Notes under the pieces: generated by a model
Seen by the model: the letters and a program-made list of their open reading frames with translations, nothing else
Told to the model about the DNA's origin: nothing
The model's database searches: none
Sequence record: DRR723986_11253
Strand: one strand, 5' to 3'
Length of the DNA: 45,261 nucleotides
Program-made: the position numbers and the translations under genes
Shown: in pieces, positions 37,656 through 45,261 of the stretch
How the letters are laid out: every line of letters begins with the position of its first letter
How positions within the stretch are numbered: position 1 is the stretch's first letter

Positions 37656-38300
37656 ATGATTGAAGTTCATAAACTCACATTTAATCCCTTTTCAGAAAAT
37701 ATGTACATCCTCAGTGATGAGACGAAAGAATGTGCAATTATTGACCCGGGTTGTTTTTATCCTGAAGAACGCCAAGCACTGAAAAACTATATCCAACAGA
37801 AAGGATTAAAGCCTACTAAACTTTGGAATACACATTGTCATTTAGATCATGTTTTTGGGAATTATTTTGTGGCGAATGAATGGAATTTAGAATTAGGAAT
37901 TCATGAACTGGATTTACCCACACTTGAATTTTTTCCGACAGCCGCTAAAATGTACGGAATTGATGGATTTCAATTATCACCAGATCCAGCTTATTTCATT
38001 AAGGAAGGAGAGAAGATCGGTTTTGGAAATTCTGAGTTGGATGTTCTATTTGGCCCAGGGCATGCACCGGGACATATCGCATTTTACTCGTTGGCAGATA
38101 AATTTATTATCAATGGTGATATTTTGTTTGAGGGTTCATTTGGTCGGTATGATTTACCGGGAGGTGATTTCAATGTGTTGAAAAAAACGATAGTAGAAAA
38201 GATGTTTAAGTTGCCAGAAGATATGACAGTTTATACAGGTCATGGTGGTGAAACAACAATCGGTCGTGAGAAAATAACGAATCCGATATTGCACATGTAA
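37656..38300 (+). CDS. MBL-fold metallo-hydrolase (glyoxalase II-like)
   Basis: THCHLDH, PGHAPGH, GDILFEGSFGRYDLPGG, GHG; -7 box TACATTTG at 37626-37633. Confidence 0.93.
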   Translation: MIEVHKLTFNPFSENMYILSDETKECAIIDPGCFYPEERQALKNYIQQKGLKPTKLWNTHCHLDHVFGNYFVANEWNLELGIHELDLPTLEFFPTAAKMYGIDGFQLSPDPAYFIKEGEKIGFGNSELDVLFGPGHAPGHIAFYSLADKFIINGDILFEGSFGRYDLPGGDFNVLKKTIVEKMFKLPEDMTVYTGHGGETTIGREKITNPILHM

Positions 38301-38301
38301 T

Positions 38302-38538
38302 CTATTCTACAATAAAAGCTCTATTGGGTTTAAGTGTGTCTCTCAGAATACGGACATCTTTTTCATTCACAGTTAAGCAAGCCATATGATGCTCGTCATT
38401 AGCTGAGTCAACAAACGTTCTTAAAGTTTCAAGTTGTTCTCTTTCCATGAATTGGATGAGATGTCTCACATGATGTTCCGCCGTACCTTTAGAATCTCCG
38501 CCATGAAAATCCCAAACCAATCTTATTTTTCTATTCAT
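38302..38538 (-). CDS. Small hypothetical protein
   Basis: 78 aa, LVWDFHG...TAEHHVRHL; ATGA overlap with the nuclease gene. Confidence 0.75.
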   Translation of the reverse strand: MNRKIRLVWDFHGGDSKGTAEHHVRHLIQFMEREQLETLRTFVDSANDEHHMACLTVNEKDVRILRDTLKPNRAFIVE

Positions 38539-39578
38539 TGAACAACGACTTTTCGCTTAACAATCTGTTCATCAACAGTAACGGATAAGATATAGGTGCC
38601 CTTTTGAAGATGATCCACAGAAACACCGCCATTATTTACAATTTGATCTACATCAAAATTCTGTAATAATTGTCCTGAAACTGAATACATTTGAACTTGT
38701 TCAACATCCAAAGTCATTAATCCAGAAACATAAAAAATATCTTCAGTTACTGGCATTGGGTAGACGGTGATAAACTCAAAGTCTTCTTTACTAGCACTCA
38801 AGGTTCCCCATGTATCTTCTGCCAATGGACCACCCCACAATTTATAGGCAATTCTTGGATTGTCAATGAAAGGATTTCGATTCCCTTGATGGTCTTGAAT
38901 CGCATCATTTCTATCTCTCTCAAACTGCGATACTGGATCTTCATAATTCCAATCTAAAAACAAGTTAGCTACGTTTGGATCTACCGAGTTTAGACTTCCG
39001 GTACCAACATCAGCAGGGATACATCTTGTATTGTACCTTAAGTACATGTATAGGATAATTCTGGCGCAATCACCTTTCCATTCGTCTCCTGGATACCAGT
39101 TAGAACTTACAGAACCCGCTGTTCCTGTACTATTCGTATACTTTTTATTGGCTCTATTCCCATTTTGCGTTACATCACAGGCTCTTAAATTGTGTGCGTC
39201 AGCACCAGGTCCGTCTGTACCTAAATCGGGATCACCAAGAGATTTCGGAAAAATATGTTCACGATTCCATTCTCCAGCATTTCCACCATTTAAGTTTACA
39301 CCTCTAGTTCTATCCGTTACAGGATTTCCGTCCGTATCATCAAAGCCATAAATCAGGGCTACAAAACCTGTTGAACCGGTTTCTAAGTCTGCATCTTTTA
39401 AGGCATCCCAGCATTCAGAATATGTAATTTGATTATGTGTATTTGTTACCAATGAGGCCAGCTGACTATAAATATTAGCGCTAGATTGGTTGAAATTGAT
39501 GCCACTGTAATAAGCTGGAACTTGTCCGATACCTCTTAATGCAGCACCAATTAATAATATAGATAAAGTTGATTTCAT
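38535..39578 (-). CDS. Extracellular endonuclease I (His-Me finger) with T9SS type A CTD
   Basis: WNREHIFPKS, DAHNLRACD..NGNRAN, KGDCARIILYM, QGNRNPFID; C-terminal VYPMPV...GTYIL...KVVVQ. Confidence 0.92.
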   Translation of the reverse strand: MKSTLSILLIGAALRGIGQVPAYYSGINFNQSSANIYSQLASLVTNTHNQITYSECWDALKDADLETGSTGFVALIYGFDDTDGNPVTDRTRGVNLNGGNAGEWNREHIFPKSLGDPDLGTDGPGADAHNLRACDVTQNGNRANKKYTNSTGTAGSVSSNWYPGDEWKGDCARIILYMYLRYNTRCIPADVGTGSLNSVDPNVANLFLDWNYEDPVSQFERDRNDAIQDHQGNRNPFIDNPRIAYKLWGGPLAEDTWGTLSASKEDFEFITVYPMPVTEDIFYVSGLMTLDVEQVQMYSVSGQLLQNFDVDQIVNNGGVSVDHLQKGTYILSVTVDEQIVKRKVVVQ

Positions 39579-39680
39579 TCAGAAGTGTTGTTGTCTGTAG
39601 TGTAAACGCAAGTTAGTCAAATTCGTTGGTATTCACCTAAAGCTTTAGCCGAATGACCCAAAATAGACGACAAACTAGAA

Positions 39681-40652
39681 TTAATCGAAAGATTGGTTGG
39701 CATTGGTGGCCATATCAATTAGTCGCTCATACTCTTCAGGAGAGATATCTGAGTGGAAAAAATGGATTGGGTTAATCTTTTGGCCATTTTTTTCAACTTC
39801 GTAATGCAAGTGTGGAGCGGTTGATTTACCGGTCGATCCAACTAAGCCAATAATCTGACCACGAACAACTTTATCTCCGGGTTTACATTTGAATTCACTT
39901 AAATGCGCGTATCTCGTACGATAACCGTAACCGTGATCAATGATTACTGATTGCCCATATCCCCATCTTTTTACCTCACATTCTACAACAACACCATTAC
40001 CAGTTGAATAAACTGGTGTTCCGGTATCCGCAGTAAAATCTAAACCTGTATGCATTTTCTTGGTTTTATAAATGGGATCAATTCTGAAACCAAAACCTGA
40101 TGCAATTCGAGTCAAATCTTCGTTTGAAACTGGCTGAATTGCTGGGATAGATGCCAACATCTCTTCTTTCTCTTTTGCTAAATTTATTACTTCGTCAAAT
40201 GAGATCGACTGAGCATATAATTTGCGCTCTAATTCTTTAATGAGTTTTGTGTTTTCAATGACTTTTTCAGAAGTGTTAAAGCCAATCAAATCCGCATATT
40301 CATCTGATCCACCTGTTCCCATTTGTCTTAATTCATCAGGAAAAGGTTCAGCATTAAAAACCACTCTATAAATTTCGTTATCTCGCTCAGAAATATCATC
40401 CAAAACAGCCATTGCTAGAATAACCTTGGAATTCATTTCGTCAATTTGCTCATTTAAAAAAGCATTCTCTATTTCCAGCTCTTTTTCATAAGGAGATTCA
40501 AATAGACCAGCAAAAATTAATTGAAACACAAAACCCAAAACGATAGCGGGTGCTATAACCAGGGTCGCTTTTAGAATACGCTCTTTCCAGGTAATCTGTA
40601 CTTTCTCATATGAAAGCGTCTCCGGATTATACTTAAACTTTTCTTTCTTCAT
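39681..40652 (-). CDS. M23 family metallopeptidase
   Basis: N-terminal TM plus coiled coil; HTGLD, YAHL, STAPHLHYEV. Confidence 0.95.
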   Translation of the reverse strand: MKKEKFKYNPETLSYEKVQITWKERILKATLVIAPAIVLGFVFQLIFAGLFESPYEKELEIENAFLNEQIDEMNSKVILAMAVLDDISERDNEIYRVVFNAEPFPDELRQMGTGGSDEYADLIGFNTSEKVIENTKLIKELERKLYAQSISFDEVINLAKEKEEMLASIPAIQPVSNEDLTRIASGFGFRIDPIYKTKKMHTGLDFTADTGTPVYSTGNGVVVECEVKRWGYGQSVIIDHGYGYRTRYAHLSEFKCKPGDKVVRGQIIGLVGSTGKSTAPHLHYEVEKNGQKINPIHFFHSDISPEEYERLIDMATNANQSFD

Positions 40653-40697
40653 GGTTTTTCACCCAGTTAAAAGCATAAAAACATGCTTTCTTGGGGG

Positions 40698-40724
40698 CAA
40701 ATTTACGTATAAAAGATAAATTTG
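40698..40724. promoter_or_regulatory. Back-to-back -7 boxes for the M23 gene and alaS
   Basis: TAAATTTG on minus strand (40705-40698) and on plus strand (40717-40724). Confidence 0.65.
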
Positions 40725-40758
40725 CAATTCGATTAACAATCGTTAACATAATATAAAG

Positions 40759-43377
40759 ATGAAAATCAACGATATACGCAAGACGTTTTTAGATTATTTT
40801 GAGTCAAAAGGCCATCAAATAGTGAGTTCTGCTCCAATGGTGGTGAAGAATGATCCAACCTTGATGTTTACCAATGCAGGTATGAATCAATTCAAAGATT
40901 ATTTTTTAGGGTATAATGAAGCCAAAACAAAACGTGTTGCAAATACTCAAAAATGCTTGCGTGTTTCAGGTAAACACAATGATCTTGAAGAAGTAGGTGT
41001 TGATACTTATCATCATACTATGTTCGAAATGCTAGGAAACTGGTCATTTGGAGATTATTTTAAAGAAGATGCCATTAAATGGGCTTGGGAGTTGTTGATT
41101 GATGTTTACAAATTAGATAAAGACCGGCTGTATGTGACGGTTTTTGAAGGAGATGAAACAGATGGATTAAAGATGGATGAAGAGGCTTCAGCTATTTGGT
41201 CCACTTTGATTGATCCGAATCGAATAATTAAAGCCAATAAAAAAGATAATTTCTGGGAGATGGGAGAAACTGGACCTTGTGGTCCATGTTCTGAAATCCA
41301 TGTCGACATTAGAAATGCGGATGAACGCGCTAAAATTGATGGGAAATCATTGGTCAATCAAGATCATCCTCAAGTTATTGAGATATGGAATTTGGTTTTC
41401 ATGCAATACAACCGTAAAGCGGATGGGAGTTTAGAGCCTCTGCCGAATAAGCATGTTGACACAGGAATGGGGTTAGAACGTTTGGCTATGGTGATGCAGT
41501 CTAAACAATCAAATTACGATACAGATTTGTTTCAAATGTTGATTCAAAGTTTAGAAAGTGTTTCTGGTAAATCATACGGAAAATCTGAAGAAACAGATAT
41601 TGCACTTCGTGTAATTGCCGATCACGTCAGAGCTATCGCATTTTCAATTGCTGATGGACAATTGCCTTCAAATACAGGAGCGGGCTATGTGATTAGAAGA
41701 ATTTTGAGAAGGGCAATTAGATATGGATACCAAACGCTTGGATTGAAAGAACCATTTATGTTCCATTTAGCAAATGACTTGTCAAAGGCTATGGGAGAAG
41801 CTTTTCCGGAGCTAACTGCTCAGAAAGACTTGATTTTAAAAGTGATTCAAGAAGAGGAAGTCTCTTTTTTTAGGACTTTAGAAACAGGTCTTAAAAAAAT
41901 TGAAGCCCTAATTGAAACTGCAAAATCAAACAATTCTGCCGAATTGAATGGTGCAGATGTTTTCGAGTTATTTGACACTTTCGGTTTTCCTTTTGACTTA
42001 ACGGCTTTAATAGCTAGAGAGAATGGACTGACCATTGATGAAGATGCCTTTGCCATTGAATTGAATAAACAAAAAGATAGATCACGTGCTGCTTCAGCTA
42101 TTGAATCTGATGATTGGGTAGTGATTAAAGAAGATGATGTTGAAGAATTTGTTGGGTATGACTTATTAGAAACAGACGTTTACATCACCAAGTACCGTAA
42201 GGTGAAGCAAAAAAATAAAGAGTTTTATCAATTAGCATTTAACATAACACCTTTTTATGCAGAAGGAGGAGGACAAGTAGGAGATAAGGGTTGGATAGAA
42301 TCTGACCAAGAGAAGGTGGTTATCTTCAATACTAAAAAAGAGAATAACTTAATTGTTCATTTTGCGACAGATTTACCGAAGCAGCTGACGGCTAAGTTCA
42401 GAGCTAAAGTAAACAAGGAGGCGAGAAGACTTTCAGAAGCGAATCACTCAGCAACACATTTATTGCATCATGCATTGCGTCAACATTTAGGAACGCACGT
42501 TGAGCAAAAAGGATCTTTGGTAAATGCTGATTATCTGAGATTTGACTTCTCACATTTTTCAAAAGTGACAGATGAGGAATTGGCGGCGATTGAAAAGCAA
42601 GTCAATGAGGATATCAAACGAAACATTGCCTTAAATGAAAAGCGTTCGGTTCCTATGGAAGTGGCACAAGAAATGGGAGCCATGGCTCTGTTTGGTGAAA
42701 AATATGGTGATGTTGTTAGAGTAATCCAGTTCGATAAGTCTGTGGAATTGTGCGGAGGAACTCATGTTCAATCAACGGGAGAAATTAGAAGTTTAAAAAT
42801 TATCTCTGAAGGATCTGTAGCTGCTGGAATTAGAAGAGTAGAGGCGATCACTGCTGATGCTGCAGATGCTTATTTTAAAGAAAGAGCTGAGCAATTTAAT
42901 GAGTTGTCTGAACTTTTGAAAAAACCTAAGAATTTAGTAGCTGCTGTTCAAGAACTTATGGATAAAAATGCTCAAATGACCAAGGAGATAGAAGGATTGA
43001 AGAGAGGTCAGGTTAAGCAAATCAAAGCAGATGTTATTGCTAAGGTTGAAGACAGGGCCGGGGTTAATTATGTCTCAGAAATAATGGATTTAGATGGTGG
43101 ATCAATTAAAGATTTGTGCTTTCAATTGAAGTCAGAAATCGATAATTTATTTGCTGTTATTGGTGGAAAGTCGGATGGTAAAGCTACGTTGAGCATTGTT
43201 ATTTCAGATGAATTGGCTAAATCTAAAGATTGGCACGCAGGCAATATGGTACGTGAAGCCGCTAAGCACATCCAAGGTGGAGGAGGAGGACAACCTTTCT
43301 TTGCTACAGCTGGAGGTAAAGACGCATCAGGTTTAGCCAATGCAATTAAACATGTTGAAGCTAAAATATTCAATTAA
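40759..43377 (+). CDS. alaS: Alanine--tRNA ligase
   Basis: LMFTNAGMNQFK, HHTMFEMLGNWSFGDYFK, GPCGPCSEI, editing HSATHLLH and ELCGGTH, C-terminal GGGGG. Confidence 0.99.
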   Translation: MKINDIRKTFLDYFESKGHQIVSSAPMVVKNDPTLMFTNAGMNQFKDYFLGYNEAKTKRVANTQKCLRVSGKHNDLEEVGVDTYHHTMFEMLGNWSFGDYFKEDAIKWAWELLIDVYKLDKDRLYVTVFEGDETDGLKMDEEASAIWSTLIDPNRIIKANKKDNFWEMGETGPCGPCSEIHVDIRNADERAKIDGKSLVNQDHPQVIEIWNLVFMQYNRKADGSLEPLPNKHVDTGMGLERLAMVMQSKQSNYDTDLFQMLIQSLESVSGKSYGKSEETDIALRVIADHVRAIAFSIADGQLPSNTGAGYVIRRILRRAIRYGYQTLGLKEPFMFHLANDLSKAMGEAFPELTAQKDLILKVIQEEEVSFFRTLETGLKKIEALIETAKSNNSAELNGADVFELFDTFGFPFDLTALIARENGLTIDEDAFAIELNKQKDRSRAASAIESDDWVVIKEDDVEEFVGYDLLETDVYITKYRKVKQKNKEFYQLAFNITPFYAEGGGQVGDKGWIESDQEKVVIFNTKKENNLIVHFATDLPKQLTAKFRAKVNKEARRLSEANHSATHLLHHALRQHLGTHVEQKGSLVNADYLRFDFSHFSKVTDEELAAIEKQVNEDIKRNIALNEKRSVPMEVAQEMGAMALFGEKYGDVVRVIQFDKSVELCGGTHVQSTGEIRSLKIISEGSVAAGIRRVEAITADAADAYFKERAEQFNELSELLKKPKNLVAAVQELMDKNAQMTKEIEGLKRGQVKQIKADVIAKVEDRAGVNYVSEIMDLDGGSIKDLCFQLKSEIDNLFAVIGGKSDGKATLSIVISDELAKSKDWHAGNMVREAAKHIQGGGGGQPFFATAGGKDASGLANAIKHVEAKIFN

Positions 43378-43380
43378 GTT

Positions 43381-43545
43381 ATGGATAAAAGAACACAAAC
43401 GATATTAGTAGCAATTGTTGCAATAGTGGCAACGGTTTTGGTGTTGAAATTCATTTTCGCTTTTTGGTGGACATTGCTTGTTGCCGCGACATTTTTCTTT
43501 CTAGGTTATTCGTATTTTAAAAAGAGAAATTCAAAGCGCGATTAG
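43381..43545 (+). CDS. Small membrane protein (54 aa), absent from the ORF track
   Basis: MDKRTQTILVAIVAIVATVLVLKFIFAFWWTLLVAATFFFLGYSYFKKRNSKRD; starts 3 nt after the alaS stop and abuts the next ORF. Confidence 0.7.
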   Translation: MDKRTQTILVAIVAIVATVLVLKFIFAFWWTLLVAATFFFLGYSYFKKRNSKRD

Positions 43546-43908
43546 GTGGCTTTTAAAATAATTGATAAAAAACTTATTTCAGAAGGCTGGGCAGGACCTT
43601 TTCACTTCAGGTTTTTATTTCCTTTCATACTTTTCTCTGCATTCACTTACGTGTCTGTAATGCTTTTGTACTCACTTTTTTTGTACCTGTTATTCTATAA
43701 TGAAGGATATGATTACTGGGTGTTTGTATTAAATTTCACGTTATCACTTATTACCCTGGTGTTGATAGAAGTGCCAATTTATAAGGCTTTTTACAGGTTG
43801 AATTATTTGCATTATTGTAAGTCCATGCTGATAGGACAGCTATTTATTTTAGGAATGTATGTCTTTTTTCTGACCTGGTCATATTTAAGTTGGATGCCGG
43901 CATATTAG
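43546..43908 (+). CDS. Hypothetical membrane protein (about 3 TM helices)
   Basis: GTG start directly after the previous stop; highly hydrophobic. Confidence 0.6.
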   Translation: MAFKIIDKKLISEGWAGPFHFRFLFPFILFSAFTYVSVMLLYSLFLYLLFYNEGYDYWVFVLNFTLSLITLVLIEVPIYKAFYRLNYLHYCKSMLIGQLFILGMYVFFLTWSYLSWMPAY

Positions 43909-43965
43909 AACGCTTTTTCATTCCAATTATAGCTTGATTTTACTTTTAGCGTATATCTTTGCAGC

Positions 43966-45180
43966 ATGAGAGTAGCGGTTATCGGAGGTGGAGCAGGTGG
44001 TTTTTTTTCAGCACTAGCTGTCAAAGAAAATTATCCAAATGCAGAGGTCGTCATTTTTGAAAAATCTAAAAAGGTACTTTCCAAAGTGAAAATATCTGGT
44101 GGAGGCCGTTGTAACGTGACCAATGCAGAAACTTCCATCAAATTACTTTCAGAAGCTTATCCTAGAGGAGGGAAAAAGTTAAAAAATGCCTTCACAGTTT
44201 TTAGCACGCAAGATTGTCAAGAGTGGTTCAAAAAAAGGGGAGTGCCCTTGGTCACTCAAAATGATCGTTGTGTATTTCCAGAATCGCAGAGTTCGCAAAG
44301 CATCATTGATTGTTTTTTACAAGAATCCGTGCGGCTTGGTGTATCTATTCAATTAAGTTCAGGAATTCGTGAAATACAGTCAATGGGTGATGTTTTCGCT
44401 TTGCATTTTCACGATATTGAAAGGCAAGTTGATATTTTTGATAAAGTGATTATTGCGACTGGTGGCTCACCAAAACGCTCAGGTCTTGTTTGGTTAGAGA
44501 AATTAGGTCACAAAATTGAAGACCCTGTTCCGTCTTTATTTACCTTCAATATGCCCAATGAATCGGTAACGAAGTTGATGGGAATTGTAGTTGAAAATGC
44601 CAGAGTGAATATTCAATCTACCAAACTTAAATCAGAGGGACCATTATTATTGACGCATTGGGGAATGAGTGGTCCTGCCATTTTAAAGTTGTCTGCTTTT
44701 GGAGCAAGAATTTTGGAAGGATTAAATTATGAGTTCACCATTCAAGTGAATTGGGTAGATGAACTCAACAATGATATTGTCAAAAGTAAACTCGCCGAAA
44801 TCGTTGAAGAACATCCTTTGAAAAAAGTGTCATCTATAAAACCTTACGGTTTGCCTGAACGATTATGGGATTATTTATTGGAGAAATGCGATATTCCTCA
44901 AGACAGAAAATGGCCTGAATTGGGTAAAAAAGGACTCAATAAATTGGTGAATGTATTGACCAATGACACCTACCAAGTGCAGGGCAAGACGACCTTTAAA
45001 GAGGAGTTTGTGACTTGCGGTGGTATTAGTTTAGACAGTATCGATTTCAATACCATGCAAAGCAAAGTTGTTCCAAACCTCTATTTTACAGGAGAAGTAA
45101 TGGATATTGACGGCATAACTGGCGGCTACAATTTTCAAGCTGCATGGACTACTGCATTTATAGCTGGGAAACTGGGTTGA
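43966..45180 (+). CDS. NAD(P)/FAD-dependent oxidoreductase, HI0933/YhiN (BaiN) family
   Basis: IGGGAGG, KVKISGGGRCNVTN, IATGG, THWGMSGPAIL, GEVMDIDGITGGYNFQAAW; -7 box TATCTTTG at 43954-43961. Confidence 0.93.
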   Translation: MRVAVIGGGAGGFFSALAVKENYPNAEVVIFEKSKKVLSKVKISGGGRCNVTNAETSIKLLSEAYPRGGKKLKNAFTVFSTQDCQEWFKKRGVPLVTQNDRCVFPESQSSQSIIDCFLQESVRLGVSIQLSSGIREIQSMGDVFALHFHDIERQVDIFDKVIIATGGSPKRSGLVWLEKLGHKIEDPVPSLFTFNMPNESVTKLMGIVVENARVNIQSTKLKSEGPLLLTHWGMSGPAILKLSAFGARILEGLNYEFTIQVNWVDELNNDIVKSKLAEIVEEHPLKKVSSIKPYGLPERLWDYLLEKCDIPQDRKWPELGKKGLNKLVNVLTNDTYQVQGKTTFKEEFVTCGGISLDSIDFNTMQSKVVPNLYFTGEVMDIDGITGGYNFQAAWTTAFIAGKLG

Positions 45181-45185
45181 AAAGT

Positions 45186-45232
45186 AAAAAGCCCACATGA
45201 AATTAAAACTAAACGATTCATTTCATGCGAGC
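45186..45232 (-). terminator. Probable terminator of a convergent gene outside the window (may be bidirectional)
   Basis: Minus strand GCTCGCATGAAAT-N16-ATTTCATGTGGGC followed by TTTTT. Confidence 0.6.
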
Positions 45233-45261
45233 GCTTTTACTATCTGTATTTTGATTATTTC

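Noticed and set aside
39588-39673. Possible structured ncRNA (CTAAAGCTTTAG palindrome with imperfect outer arms)
   Set aside because: Pairing is interrupted, there is no U-tract or recognisable family, and it cannot be supported without covariation data.
1055-43373. The remaining short ORF-track entries nested in or antisense to long genes (e.g. 4910-5161, 28056-28367, 32101-32319, 39031-39351, 41106-41357)
   Set aside because: They lie within or largely overlap well-supported genes and show no recognisable motifs or independent expression signals.

Overview
AT-rich, gene-dense chromosomal window from a Bacteroidota genome, probably Flavobacteriales. This is inferred from the T9SS cargo and PorP/SprF genes, TAnnTTTG promoter boxes and the dapF-GNAT-mltG and M23-alaS gene order. 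It is mostly housekeeping and envelope genes: rpsP (partial), an MltF-like gene, acpH, prfC, an L,D-transpeptidase, dapF, mltG, DPP III, arginase-argS, hpf, a glutathione peroxidase, Crp/Fnr-DUF983-rhodanese, uvrB, ispH, M20, a WD40-Omp85-like gene, M23, alaS and a YhiN-like gene, plus four T9SS-secreted proteins and several small lipoproteins. No rRNA, tRNA, CRISPR array, transposase or integrase was seen. The most unusual element is a ~0.5 kb cassette (27184-27713) downstream of uvrB. There a four-helix-bundle (IVS-protein/Avd-like) gene is flanked on both sides by degenerate TAATnnnn octamer arrays. It also has an inverted array forming a hairpin at the predicted transcription start and an exact 16-bp direct repeat bracketing the gene. 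Other notable items are a CRP-type box overlapping the Crp/Fnr stop codon, a two-hairpin rpsP leader, a possible permuted papain-like enzyme inside the dapF-mltG operon, and paired Cys-rich mini-lipoproteins.
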